A DNA stretch of 64,000 nt. Origin: a virus. The notes beneath the pieces were generated by a model. It worked only from the letters and a program-made list of their open reading frames with translations. It made no database searches and was not told the origin of the DNA. Numbering within the stretch: position 1 is the first letter of the stretch; every line of letters starts with the position of its first letter. The stretch is taken from IMG/VR virus record IMGVR_UViG_3300045988_162372. One strand, written 5' to 3'. Positions 1-9,026 of the stretch are shown piece after piece. The position numbers and the translations under genes are program-made.

Positions 1-713
1 TTAAAGTGGGAAGTAAACTTGTCATCACACCAATATTTGATATTCTCGATAATCTTATTTACATCTTTCATCATTACCTCCTCACTGCTATATTTTGTTT
101 CAGAATGAATAAAATAATCGTAAGCACCACTATCTTTTGTTTGCAATTCAATATGCCACGGCTGTGAAGTACCAATATAACGCCTATCAAAAACTCGTGC
201 AATAATTGCAAGTGAATGAGGGTTATCACAAGTGAAGAAAATCATAAATCTATCCTTGCAATGGCCGCAACAACTTTCTGTTGTGCATACATCTGAAATT
301 GAATTTAGCACATCACAAATCTGAATGCATTCTTTATCCATATTTCCGTCATAATTATCTTTCTTTTCTTCCATATCTTCTTTGTTTTTAATTTCTATTG
401 ATATTGTCTCATTTACCATATTATATGTAGTAATAATTGAATTATTAGTAAATATAGGCTTTACAAATACTTTGTACCGTTGCATGGTAATATTATGTAT
501 CTCCATATTACTGAAAATATAAGGTTCTCCGACCTTTTCAAGTTTCTTGAAGACAACCGATGCACCATCCAATCTACCAGAACAATCCCCTGTTATGTGC
601 CTATCTGCCAAACATCCTTTATTATTAAATCCACAATTAATACAAGTAATATCCCTAATACATTGATACCATTCACCATTGTACTCGAATATCTCTCCTA
701 TCTGGTGTTCCAT
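1..713 (-). CDS. hypothetical Cys-rich protein; 3' end lies beyond the left window edge
   Basis: Minus-strand frame is open from ATG at 713 to position 1 with no stop, so it is absent from the supplied track. Hand translation MEHQIGEIFEYNGEWYQCIRDITCINCGF... has several CxxC pairs. Confidence 0.5.
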   Translation of the reverse strand, partial: MEHQIGEIFEYNGEWYQCIRDITCINCGFNNKGCLADRHITGDCSGRLDGASVVFKKLEKVGEPYIFSNMEIHNITMQRYKVFVKPIFTNNSIITTYNMVNETISIEIKNKEDMEEKKDNYDGNMDKECIQICDVLNSISDVCTTESCCGHCKDRFMIFFTCDNPHSLAIIARVFDRRYIGTSQPWHIELQTKDSGAYDYFIHSETKYSSEEVMMKDVNKIIENIKYWCDDKFTSHF

Positions 714-753
714 AACTAACTTAATTTTAATCCTAATTTATTATCATCTATTT

Positions 754-1158
754 TCACCAATTCGGGTTATCATGGATATTTCCAATTACCGTAACAGCCT
801 TGCAAACGCTCAAAGCGCAGTAGTATTTGCACTCTGCATCAAATACGAATGATGCGCTATTACCATCCCATATGACAACTGCATTCACTTCACCGTCTAT
901 TCCAGTGTAGAAGTTAGCATATTCCAATCCTTGCACAATATCACCCTCGTATATGTCCTTACCGTTCTTATCAGACAATCCAGTGAATTGCCCGATAGTA
1001 TCTTGATTGACAAGGAAAAGCTTAACTGTATCATTTACTTCATCTTTAATGTAATACTTGCCATCTTTGCAATATAACCATCCATACACCCAAAGATTGT
1101 TGTCGATACACTTGCCCCTGAATTTTATCGTTCTCATTTTATACTCACTTTTTTCCAT
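754..1158 (-). CDS. YopX-family phage protein
   Basis: 134 aa. IKFRGK...NLWVYGW...DIYEGDIV...VIGNIHDNP matches the YopX pattern as I remember it. Confidence 0.65.
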   Translation of the reverse strand: MEKSEYKMRTIKFRGKCIDNNLWVYGWLYCKDGKYYIKDEVNDTVKLFLVNQDTIGQFTGLSDKNGKDIYEGDIVQGLEYANFYTGIDGEVNAVVIWDGNSASFVFDAECKYYCALSVCKAVTVIGNIHDNPNW

Positions 1159-1264
1159 AATTTATATTTTTTTTATATAGTTTATGTATTATTATTTGAA
1201 CAATGCAAAAATGGCCAAAAACTTGGAATTATACAAATGCTATATGTTAATATTCTACAATGAG

Positions 1265-1543
1265 TTAATATTGTGGAAATTTCTTAGCAAAATTCTTTTT
1301 AAAATATTCTTTTCTGATTATTATACGGTGAGGTGTATTCACCTCTTTAAGAATAACACATCTTATAATTATATTCTCGTCAAAAAGTACCTCAATATCC
1401 TTGATATACATATATTCTGTGTTTGGTGTATTTTTGAAATAATATGCACACTCCTTATATAACTTATTACGTTTCGTTATCATATGATAAACAAAACATA
1501 TCATTCCAATAATCCACACAGAAACAACTATAAATGGAAACAT
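1265..1543 (-). CDS. small hypothetical membrane protein
   Basis: 92 aa with hydrophobic N-terminus MFPFIVVSVWIIGMICFVY. ORF only. Confidence 0.3.
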   Translation of the reverse strand: MFPFIVVSVWIIGMICFVYHMITKRNKLYKECAYYFKNTPNTEYMYIKDIEVLFDENIIIRCVILKEVNTPHRIIIRKEYFKKNFAKKFPQY

Positions 1544-1737
1544 GTCTATTTCGTTTTTATTTCTATATATTTGTTCTTAATATACCATAACAGCATCTCG
1601 CCCAATACATCATAGTTTTTTCAATCCCATTCCCAATTCTTGCAGGTGCTGCATTTGCTGCACATCTAAAACTTGCTTTGATTTCATAATTCTTATTTTT
1701 CAAATCCGATAGACAGTTTTAATGCCATGTCGGACAG

Positions 1738-1902
1738 TTACTGCAACTTGATTGAAATTTCGCTATATATCTCTTTGTATGATGGCTTAACAATATCGTA
1801 CTTCCATCCTACAATTTCGTATATAGACGTTTCTTTGCCTATTGCAATTTTATTCCCTAATAGAATATGAATTGCATCTTTCACTCTTCGTTTAATATTC
1901 AT
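1738..1902 (-). CDS. small hypothetical protein (54 aa)
   Basis: Hand-translated MNIKRRVKDAIHILLGNKIAIGKETSIYEIVGWKYDIVKPSYKEIYSEISIKLQ. It starts 2 nt from the stop of the upstream gene and is below the track length cutoff. Confidence 0.25.
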   Translation of the reverse strand: MNIKRRVKDAIHILLGNKIAIGKETSIYEIVGWKYDIVKPSYKEIYSEISIKLQ

Positions 1903-1903
1903 A

Positions 1904-2572
1904 TCATTTTACAAGATTAAAATCATAGACAAACACATAAGGATTACTTTCCCAAGTACCCTTACCACTCACCTTATCAATAAGTTCAGCATACGATTCT
2001 TTTGGAGATGCTTTGAAGTAAATCTTACTACCGTTTGTCTTGTCGTAATTTACATAGTATTTATGTGCAACTCCATCCCATTCCAATCCTTCCTTCAAGC
2101 AATCTTCATCGCTTATGTCTTGCAACCGCTGTATGCAGACGTTGGTGATGCGGATTTGGTGGGGCATGTATATAGATTTCACATACATTTTGTTAGTATA
2201 TGCAATAGGAGGTATAGCTACATCTTTACCATCTTTTATAAAGAACAAGAACTCATCAGTGTCTCTATAAGCGTAACATTTATATCCTGCATCTTTATAG
2301 GATTGAGCAATAGCAACTATTTCACCTACCTTATATTTAGGATGATTTAATAGATAATTGAAACATTCTTTCTTTTCTGTCTCAGACATATTCTTCACTC
2401 TTAATGCAAAGTCATTTTCCCAATTCTCTATGTCTTCGTCATCCCAATCAAAATCAGGATTAACCCTTTCAAAGGCATCAGATGTCTTTATTATTCTTCT
2501 TGTCTGAGTCTTTCTACCGTCAAGCACCGCTTTCGTGAGCAAAAATTTATCATTGAACATTATCTTCTGCAT
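1904..2572 (-). CDS. hypothetical protein, possibly ASCH/PUA-like fold
   Basis: 222 aa. The N-terminal LTKAVLDGRKTQTRR weakly resembles ASCH-domain phage proteins. Confidence 0.4.
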   Translation of the reverse strand: MQKIMFNDKFLLTKAVLDGRKTQTRRIIKTSDAFERVNPDFDWDDEDIENWENDFALRVKNMSETEKKECFNYLLNHPKYKVGEIVAIAQSYKDAGYKCYAYRDTDEFLFFIKDGKDVAIPPIAYTNKMYVKSIYMPHQIRITNVCIQRLQDISDEDCLKEGLEWDGVAHKYYVNYDKTNGSKIYFKASPKESYAELIDKVSGKGTWESNPYVFVYDFNLVK

Positions 2573-3000
2573 GACATCACCTCCATTGTTGCTTCATTCT
2601 GATGCCCATTAGCAAAATACGGCTGTTGATACTCACGTCCTTGCTCATCAATGCACTCAAAACGGAAATATAAACTGTATAGACATTTTATATTGTAATC
2701 GCTAATTACTCTGCCTATATGTGACCGATGTCTTGTTCCATTACCACATTCATTTGCCATTTTATCATAATCAGGAATGGCTGCGGCAACTATATTGCAA
2801 AACACTCTCCATTGCTTTTTAACAATTTCTGCATTGCGCTGCACGTATTGGTTATATTCAAGTTCGACTTTACGACCTATTACATCGTTAATACTATTGC
2901 ATTTTGACAACAATACGTCATATTCCAATGCCTGTTCTTCGGAATCAAACCTTGTTCCGTCATTGCATTCGTAAATAGTTATCTTCTTCATAATCCTCAC
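2560..3000 (-). CDS. hypothetical protein
   Basis: 146 aa ORF with a -7 box at 3165-3172 upstream. No motif recognised. Confidence 0.55.
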   Translation of the reverse strand: MRIMKKITIYECNDGTRFDSEEQALEYDVLLSKCNSINDVIGRKVELEYNQYVQRNAEIVKKQWRVFCNIVAAAIPDYDKMANECGNGTRHRSHIGRVISDYNIKCLYSLYFRFECIDEQGREYQQPYFANGHQNEATMEVMSCRR

Positions 3001-3164
3001 TTTTTAATTAGTTTAATTACTTTCTGCAATCCTACTTCGAGAGCTTGCTCATAATTATCAAATCTTTCATATAAATTGTTTCAAGGAAACCCCACCCTTT
3101 AGGATGGGGAGGAATTTAAACTTGCCTTTTATTTGTTAAACATTTAATTTTATAATTCACTTTG

Positions 3165-3172
3165 CAAAGATA
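3165..3172 (-). promoter_or_regulatory. Bacteroidetes -7 promoter box (TAnnTTTG on the - strand)
   Basis: + strand caaagata = TATCTTTG on the - strand, about 165 nt upstream of the 3000 start. Confidence 0.5.
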
Positions 3173-3287
3173 CAAATGTTTTCGTAGAAAACAAAATTAT
3201 TTTGCAAAAATCATAATATTTTATACGTTTTTTAATTTTACCAGATATTTTTTAATATAAAAGATAAAAAAAAAACAACTCACGGAA

Positions 3288-3677
3288 ATGCTGCTTACGA
3301 CAAAGGTACATATTGACAATGGTTTTAAGGACTTCCAAGTCCTTAAAATGATGTGCTATCATTCTGCAAGAATGTACAATGTCGGTTTGTATTCCGTCCG
3401 TCAGCATTTTTTCAATACGGAAGAATACCTGTCGTATTACAACAATTATCATCTCTGCAAGACAAACGAGAATTACTCTCTTCTCATTACGGATACTGGC
3501 CAACAAATTCTCAGAATTGTGGACAGGGATATGCACTCGTTCTTCGGTCTATTGAAACTGAAGAAACTGGGCAAATATTCCAACCCGATACACTTGCCGA
3601 AGTACAAGGACGAGGAAGGTCTTATGACCTGTTACATAATCTCTATGAAAAATATTATAACTAAAAGTTGCGATTAA
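3288..3677 (+). pseudogene. tnpB: truncated TnpB (IS200/IS605 OrfB-type) N-terminal fragment
   Basis: 129 aa. ...TGQQILRIVDRDMHSFFGLLKLKK...PIHLPKYKDEEG resembles the TnpB N-terminal region (FF...PKYK). The ORF stops after about 125 aa with no RuvC or Zn-finger part. Confidence 0.5.
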
Positions 3678-3694
3678 TAATACTTTATAAACCA

Positions 3695-4207
3695 CTATAT
3701 CACTATCACTTCTTTTTGGAAATTGCTGCTTTTTTGAACAGACACATTTTTATTTAATTTTTTATATATGTTAATAGAACAATCATGAAATCTCCATAAT
3801 AATTTTAAGTCTCTAATAGCTTCAGAATTATTTATGAAATCTTCTTTCTCTTTTTCTGATAATATTACTTCTTTATCTAATTTTCTTGTATTGTAAAAAT
3901 AGTCCTTTACACGTTTAAATAGTGCATTATTTTTTTCAGAATTTTTAACAATACATTCTTCGTATAATTTTAAATCTCTAAAAATTGAATCATTATTTTC
4001 TTTAATAACTTTTTGTTCAAGAAAATCAATCTGTCTTTTTTCAGGTTCTTTATTCTGAAAAATAAATTTCATTTGTTTAACATGTAATCCGAATGAAAAT
4101 GCTAAACTATGATACATTTGTCTTTTCTTATCCATATTTAATATTTTTATTGCTTTTTCATTTGGCTCGGATATCTTAAAAGTTTTGTGTTTTTTACTTT
4201 TTTCCAT
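3695..4207 (-). CDS. hypothetical protein in a very AT-rich segment
   Basis: 170 aa, Lys/Asn/Glu-rich, with a -7 box at 4237-4244. It abuts the truncated tnpB. Confidence 0.5.
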   Translation of the reverse strand: MEKSKKHKTFKISEPNEKAIKILNMDKKRQMYHSLAFSFGLHVKQMKFIFQNKEPEKRQIDFLEQKVIKENNDSIFRDLKLYEECIVKNSEKNNALFKRVKDYFYNTRKLDKEVILSEKEKEDFINNSEAIRDLKLLWRFHDCSINIYKKLNKNVSVQKSSNFQKEVIVI

Positions 4208-4236
4208 ATGTTTATCTCCTATTTTTATTTACATCA

Positions 4237-4244
4237 CAAAGATA
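4237..4244 (-). promoter_or_regulatory. Bacteroidetes -7 promoter box
   Basis: caaagata on the + strand, 30 nt upstream of the 4207 start. Confidence 0.55.
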
Positions 4245-4582
4245 AACAAAAAAGTGATAACAAACAAATATTTGTTACCACTTTAATATATTTTATAGAT
4301 TATTGAAGACTTCTTTTACTTCTTCCAAATAACCATCAAATTGTTTTGGCTTGTTTTGGAAAATCCATTCACAACCATCTATATCTACTGCAATCCACGC
4401 CATAAGTAATCTCTTATTTAATTTTCCTATATACAACATTGTTGATTTCGTTTATATAACAATTTTCTAATGCAAATAGACGATTTAAATATAATATACA
4501 CAAATACAAGATGTTAATAATACAAAAAAATCTCACTCTCATTTGACGAAAGTAAGACCTTTTTGTTGATAGAGGATATATT

Positions 4583-4882
4583 TTAAAACCCGACATTATG
4601 CCATATCTTCATATCACCACTGTTCCCTTCTGGGTGATTAACAACTCTATCAACTTTATCCACCGCATTCTTTACCGCCTCAATTGCATTTTTTATTTCC
4701 TCGCTGTCGTCCACATCAAAATCTTGATAAAAGGCATCAATTAGTTCATCGACTGAATCCTTGAATTTATAATAAGGTTCTTCGCATTGATATTTGCTTG
4801 CCCATTCTTTTAACATCTTGGATGCTATATCTAAAACTTTCTGTTTCAAGTCAGATTCTGTTAATACGATTGTTTGTTTCAT
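4583..4882 (-). CDS. hypothetical protein
   Basis: 99 aa acidic ORF. No motif recognised. Confidence 0.5.
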   Translation of the reverse strand: MKQTIVLTESDLKQKVLDIASKMLKEWASKYQCEEPYYKFKDSVDELIDAFYQDFDVDDSEEIKNAIEAVKNAVDKVDRVVNHPEGNSGDMKIWHNVGF

Positions 4883-5025
4883 AATAATATAAAATTACTT
4901 TGCTTTGCTTTATTTTAATATAAATATTAAAACGTAAACTTATAAATAACTAAATTGTACTTCTATTGATTCTATTTCTAAGACAATCGTAACGTTTTCA
5001 TTTGAAAAAAAAAAATCTCAAATCG

Positions 5026-5433
5026 TTATTGCTGTTTCTTGCTATGTATATATTTCTTATAATATATTATTCGGGTTGGTAAACCATATTCTTTCGCCAA
5101 ATCAATCATGTGTTTTGTTCCCCTGCTTTCACCATCCCAAAATGCGATTAAGGCATCAGCAACTTTAGTCATTTCCTTATTTCTTCTGTATCCTGCACTT
5201 TTACCATATTTTTTCCAATCAGCAGGATATTCTAATACTTTCAAACCAAATTCTTCTGCAAATTGTTTGCCTATTGTATCAGTACCTCTTGCACAACCGC
5301 ATATAATCTGAATATCACAATCTTTTAATACATCTGATAATATTTTTAAACATTTCTCTTTGAGAAGACTATAATCGTAGAATTGTCTTGAACCTGCTAT
5401 GATTACTTTAAATATTGGTTTATTATTTTTCAT
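5026..5433 (-). CDS. SLOG-fold protein (DUF2493-like)
   Basis: 135 aa. VIIAGSR...ICGCARGTDTIGKQFAEEFG...ADWKKYGKSAGYRRNKEM...ALIAFWDGESRGTKHMI matches the DUF2493/SLOG pattern as I remember it. Confidence 0.6.
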   Translation of the reverse strand: MKNNKPIFKVIIAGSRQFYDYSLLKEKCLKILSDVLKDCDIQIICGCARGTDTIGKQFAEEFGLKVLEYPADWKKYGKSAGYRRNKEMTKVADALIAFWDGESRGTKHMIDLAKEYGLPTRIIYYKKYIHSKKQQ

Positions 5434-5953
5434 TTAATTTTTCCAAAACATAATCAACAATTCTTTCAACTGATTTCTCATTTTTAACGCACTCGTAACT
5501 AATATCATACCTTTCAAGGATCGCCTTTACATCCTTATCAATTTGTTTTGCTTCATCAATAGTTTGTAGTCTTCCCTCAACCTGATAATCATTATTTCTT
5601 TCAATAAAGAATAATTTATTGTTGAAACGATTGTATTGTTCTATTATAAAATCATTAAAATAATCTGATTTTTCTTTATTATAATATATTGAAAGTAATA
5701 AAGGACTATCAGTTATAATAACATCTACTTTATCTTTTAAACGCCATATTTTATGGAATTGTTTGCCAAAAATATATATCTGGTCATCCATTGTCTTAAA
5801 TGATTCTTCCCAAACCTTATCTTTTGCAAATTCAAGAGCCATTTCGCAATTAATTCCTTTCTTTTTCAATTCGTAAAATACACCACTTGCAGTCGTTGAT
5901 TTCCCCGAACCTGGGCCACCAATTAGGTTAATAATCAATGTATTGTCTTTCAT
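5423..5953 (-). CDS. P-loop NTPase / nucleotide-kinase-like protein
   Basis: 176 aa with Walker A GGPGSGKST near the N-terminus. Confidence 0.6.
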   Translation of the reverse strand: MKDNTLIINLIGGPGSGKSTTASGVFYELKKKGINCEMALEFAKDKVWEESFKTMDDQIYIFGKQFHKIWRLKDKVDVIITDSPLLLSIYYNKEKSDYFNDFIIEQYNRFNNKLFFIERNNDYQVEGRLQTIDEAKQIDKDVKAILERYDISYECVKNEKSVERIVDYVLEKLNEK

Positions 5954-5958
5954 TTTAT

Positions 5959-6390
5959 TTATAAATTTAAATCGTTTAATACTTTTTCCACATTTCTCCT
6001 AAAAATTCCAACGTAATAATCAGATACACCTTCTGGGAAACGTTGGCTTAATTTTACACATTCCTTCTCTAACGTTTCTCTTGCATTTAACTGTGCTTGT
6101 TCTTTGGTAAAATGGCTGCACTCCCAATCAATTACCATCGCTTTCCAATCCATTTTCTTTTCGTTGAAATAATGGTCTAACCAATATTCAATATGATGGT
6201 TGTTATGATGCCGATGCCATCTTTGTACATCTGGATAAACCATGAATATCTTTAACCACGGCTTTTCAATATCATGGAAAAGATATTTGAATTTCCAACA
6301 TTTAAGATTCAACGCTGTCATTTGAAAAGCACACCAATGAGCAAACCAATATTTGAAACTGCTTCTTTCTTCTTTTGTAAACATAATCAA
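5959..6390 (-). CDS. hypothetical His-rich protein
   Basis: 143 aa. HDIEKPW and WHRHHNNHH hint at metal binding, but no family was recognised. Confidence 0.45.
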   Translation of the reverse strand: MIMFTKEERSSFKYWFAHWCAFQMTALNLKCWKFKYLFHDIEKPWLKIFMVYPDVQRWHRHHNNHHIEYWLDHYFNEKKMDWKAMVIDWECSHFTKEQAQLNARETLEKECVKLSQRFPEGVSDYYVGIFRRNVEKVLNDLNL

Positions 6391-6818
6391 TTACTTTTTT
6401 CCGTTTCTTTTGCGTATTCAGTATATGTATCAAAAACATATTCAAAATTTTCTACATAATCAGGGAATTTCAATATTAACTTAGGGTTGTTTAAAACTTT
6501 GTTATAAACTTTCTCTCCGCAACCAACAATATGCGCACACAAATCCCAAAAGCCGTCATCACTAACACTTAGCACTTCACTATTATTCGGAAAAGCATAT
6601 TTATCACCATATTTTAGCAAAGAATATTCTTTCACCTTGTCTTGCAATATTTCTCTAAACGCTTTTGCATAATGTTTTGCTTCAATAATATCGTCATTGG
6701 TTAATTTCATTTTCTTGAAAATCTCTTGTGCCAAACTGTATCTTTTCTTGGTTTGCAACTTGCACATATTTGGCCAATCCAGTTCTTTAACTAATTCCCA
6801 AAATATATTCTTGTTCAT
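6387..6818 (-). CDS. hypothetical protein
   Basis: 143 aa with a 4-nt overlap to the downstream gene. No motif recognised. Confidence 0.5.
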   Translation of the reverse strand: MNKNIFWELVKELDWPNMCKLQTKKRYSLAQEIFKKMKLTNDDIIEAKHYAKAFREILQDKVKEYSLLKYGDKYAFPNNSEVLSVSDDGFWDLCAHIVGCGEKVYNKVLNNPKLILKFPDYVENFEYVFDTYTEYAKETEKSN

Positions 6819-6822
6819 GTGT

Positions 6823-7311
6823 TTAATTTTGTTTCTTATTTAAAATCTTAATTACTTCATCGGCTTTTTCTTTCGTCAAACCACCATAATAGGCATCACA
6901 ATTGACAAAATTGTCTTTCTGTTCATATAACATATCAATATCGTCATCAATGATGCAATAGCTCTCTATTTTATCTTCTGGATGTTTATCAAGGTAGTCC
7001 TCCATATATTTCTTAATTTCCAATCCTCTTATTGTACCCAAATATGGAGTTATCTCAAAATCTAATGGACTACCTCTAAAACCTACATTCTTTAGAATGC
7101 TTCTTAAACCATCAGTATGTCTCCAAGAGCTTGATATGACAGTCTTAGCACTTGTCTCCTGAATGATTCTCATATATTGCTTAACAGCTTCTGGGTCAAA
7201 TTCTGATAAAGGATATGGTCTTACATCTCCACTCTCCGCACGTTTCCTATAATACGTTTCTGAATTAAAGACTCCATCCACGTCAATGAATATAATCTTA
7301 ATTTTACTCAT
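6823..7311 (-). CDS. HAD-superfamily phosphatase (RNA-repair-associated HAD type)
   Basis: 162 aa. IIFIDVDGVFN (DxDG motif I) and VISSSWR resemble the HAD domains found in RNA-repair proteins. Confidence 0.55.
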   Translation of the reverse strand: MSKIKIIFIDVDGVFNSETYYRKRAESGDVRPYPLSEFDPEAVKQYMRIIQETSAKTVISSSWRHTDGLRSILKNVGFRGSPLDFEITPYLGTIRGLEIKKYMEDYLDKHPEDKIESYCIIDDDIDMLYEQKDNFVNCDAYYGGLTKEKADEVIKILNKKQN

Positions 7312-7327
7312 CTCTTTTTTACCCTTA

Positions 7328-7558
7328 TTATATACTCCACAAAACTCTTTTGTCTTCTATATTATCAATTGCTTCAAAACTTGAATCAGTCATTGGTGTC
7401 CATTCCCCGTGTTGTACTGAAAAATCAACTGTATCAATTGATAGGTAAACATCTGTTACATTGTTTACCCCGTTTTCCTTTAAGAAACGGATAATTCTAT
7501 TTACGACTTCTGTATGCAAGTCTTTCCACTTTTCTTCAAGTTCGTTTTTCGGTGTCAT
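7328..7558 (-). CDS. hypothetical protein
   Basis: 76 aa ORF. Confidence 0.45.
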   Translation of the reverse strand: MTPKNELEEKWKDLHTEVVNRIIRFLKENGVNNVTDVYLSIDTVDFSVQHGEWTPMTDSSFEAIDNIEDKRVLWSI

Positions 7559-7584
7559 AACCCTTATAGTATCTGATTTATGTA

Positions 7585-7860
7585 TTATCTAATGAAATTC
7601 CACTTTGAAATTGTAAAACTATAATCATATTCATCATTTCTACATTTCTCAAATGAAGAATATGTCAATATATCTTTTCTTTCTGGTGTTACAATTATAA
7701 TTGTTCCCTCTTTGGGTAGCTCATTAACTTCCAAAGGCAATGCTTTGATGATTATATCTGAAAAACCTATCTTATCATCAGCATTTTCATTATAAAATAC
7801 CTTTGGCTCAGTATAATCTTCGACAATGAAATGTCTGTCATTTATTATTATCTCTTTCAT
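7585..7860 (-). CDS. hypothetical protein
   Basis: 91 aa ORF with a -7 box at 7893-7900. Confidence 0.5.
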   Translation of the reverse strand: MKEIIINDRHFIVEDYTEPKVFYNENADDKIGFSDIIIKALPLEVNELPKEGTIIIVTPERKDILTYSSFEKCRNDEYDYSFTISKWNFIR

Positions 7861-7892
7861 GAACGTAATATTGCTATTTTAAATTATCATCG

Positions 7893-7900
7893 CAAAGATA
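7893..7900 (-). promoter_or_regulatory. Bacteroidetes -7 promoter box
   Basis: caaagata, 33 nt upstream of the 7860 start. Confidence 0.55.
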
Positions 7901-7945
7901 CTACAAATTAACCATATTACCAAATAACATCTTAACTAAAGTTGG

Positions 7946-8811
7946 TTAATAATTCGTAATGAAGACCTCATCTGTACTTTTAGACTTGTTTTTTGCATGG
8001 TAACTGCAATTTCCGTAGCTATGATTAAAATGATGTACGTTATACTTCTTTGACCATTCAATCAACATTTCATTCTTGTTTCCCTTGTTTTCAAACACAT
8101 TGGATAAACCAAATCTTATTTCTCTTTCATTGAGATTATCCAATAATTCATATAATTGTCTCTCCTGTGTTTCATTCCATCCGTCCTGCTCATTGTATGA
8201 GGCACAAGTTATCAAATAAGGTGGGTCGCAATATACATAATCATCCTTTGACAACTTATCAACCTTTAATTCTGTGAAAGATTTATTTGTAAATATTACA
8301 TCTTTTATTGTCTTATGGAAATTAATCAGATTCTGTTCTATTGTCTTATTAAATTGACTTCTATTCTTTCCAAACGGCATGTTATATTCGCCTTTTGAAT
8401 TAAACCTTATCTGATGATTAAATGAGTAACATATCAAAACGAATAAGTCTATTGGATCTTTTTCTGTACTTTTATTATACATATTCCTGAAAACATTATA
8501 GCTTTCCTGATTATCTATTGTAAGATTATATTCCTCTATTTTGGAATATATTTCCTTTAAAATGTCATCAAGTGCCCTTGTCTGAAATGTCTTAAATATA
8601 TCAATAACTGACCCGTTAATGTCATTGGCTATACGTTTCTTGGCATTGACATTTGCAACTACATTTCCACCACCAGTAAATAAATCTACAAACGTATTTA
8701 TTTCATTTTTATGGGGGGGGGGAGTAAAATTATTGGTAATAGCTGTGGTAGCAATTTGTATTTTCCACCTGTGTAATTGAGTGGTGATTTAATCAATTTA
8801 TTTCCATCCAT
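7946..8811 (-). pseudogene. dam: Dam-type N6-adenine DNA methyltransferase, frameshifted at a G10 tract
   Basis: N-terminal frame from ATG 8811 reads MDGNKLIKSPLNYTGGKYKLLPQLLPIILLPPP and then hits a stop. One extra G would continue into HKNEINTFVDLFTGGGNV (AdoMet motif) and join ORF 7946-8482, which carries CDPPY. Confidence 0.7.
8713..8722. repeat. homopolymeric G10 (C10 on the coding strand) tract inside dam
   Basis: Counted directly: at gggggggggg ag. This is the frameshift site. Confidence 0.9.
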
Positions 8812-8829
8812 ATATTCTTTATTTTTCTG

Positions 8830-8837
8830 CAAAAATA
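8830..8837 (-). promoter_or_regulatory. Bacteroidetes -7 promoter box
   Basis: caaaaata, 19 nt upstream of the dam ATG at 8811. A second candidate box, caaatgta, lies at 8978-8985. Confidence 0.45.
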
Positions 8838-8877
8838 CAACAAGTTTTACTTATAAACAAATATACTATGTTAAACA

Positions 8878-8915
8878 AAATAAAAATACCACCGTATTTC
8901 ACAACAAAGTGGTAT
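8878..8915 (-). terminator. intrinsic terminator after the DGR RT
   Basis: - strand: ATACCAC...GTGGTAT (7-bp stem) followed by TTTTTATTTTG. Confidence 0.6.
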
Positions 8916-9026
8916 CATGATTTAGGCTTTTACCAAGTTCTAACAACAAAAGATATTTGACTATGCCTTTAATATTGCAAATGTACTACCTTTGTGTTAA
9001 ACTGCAAAATATTTTCTTGACTTTTT

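Noticed and set aside
3096-3107. 12-mer cctttaggatgg shared with 54933-54944 (opposite strand)
   Set aside because: Many 12-mer coincidences are expected in 128 kb of two-strand AT-rich sequence, and there is no extended similarity.
4414-4596. 60-aa ORF
   Set aside because: Low-complexity and AT-rich, and it overlaps the 3' end of 4583-4882. Probably noncoding.
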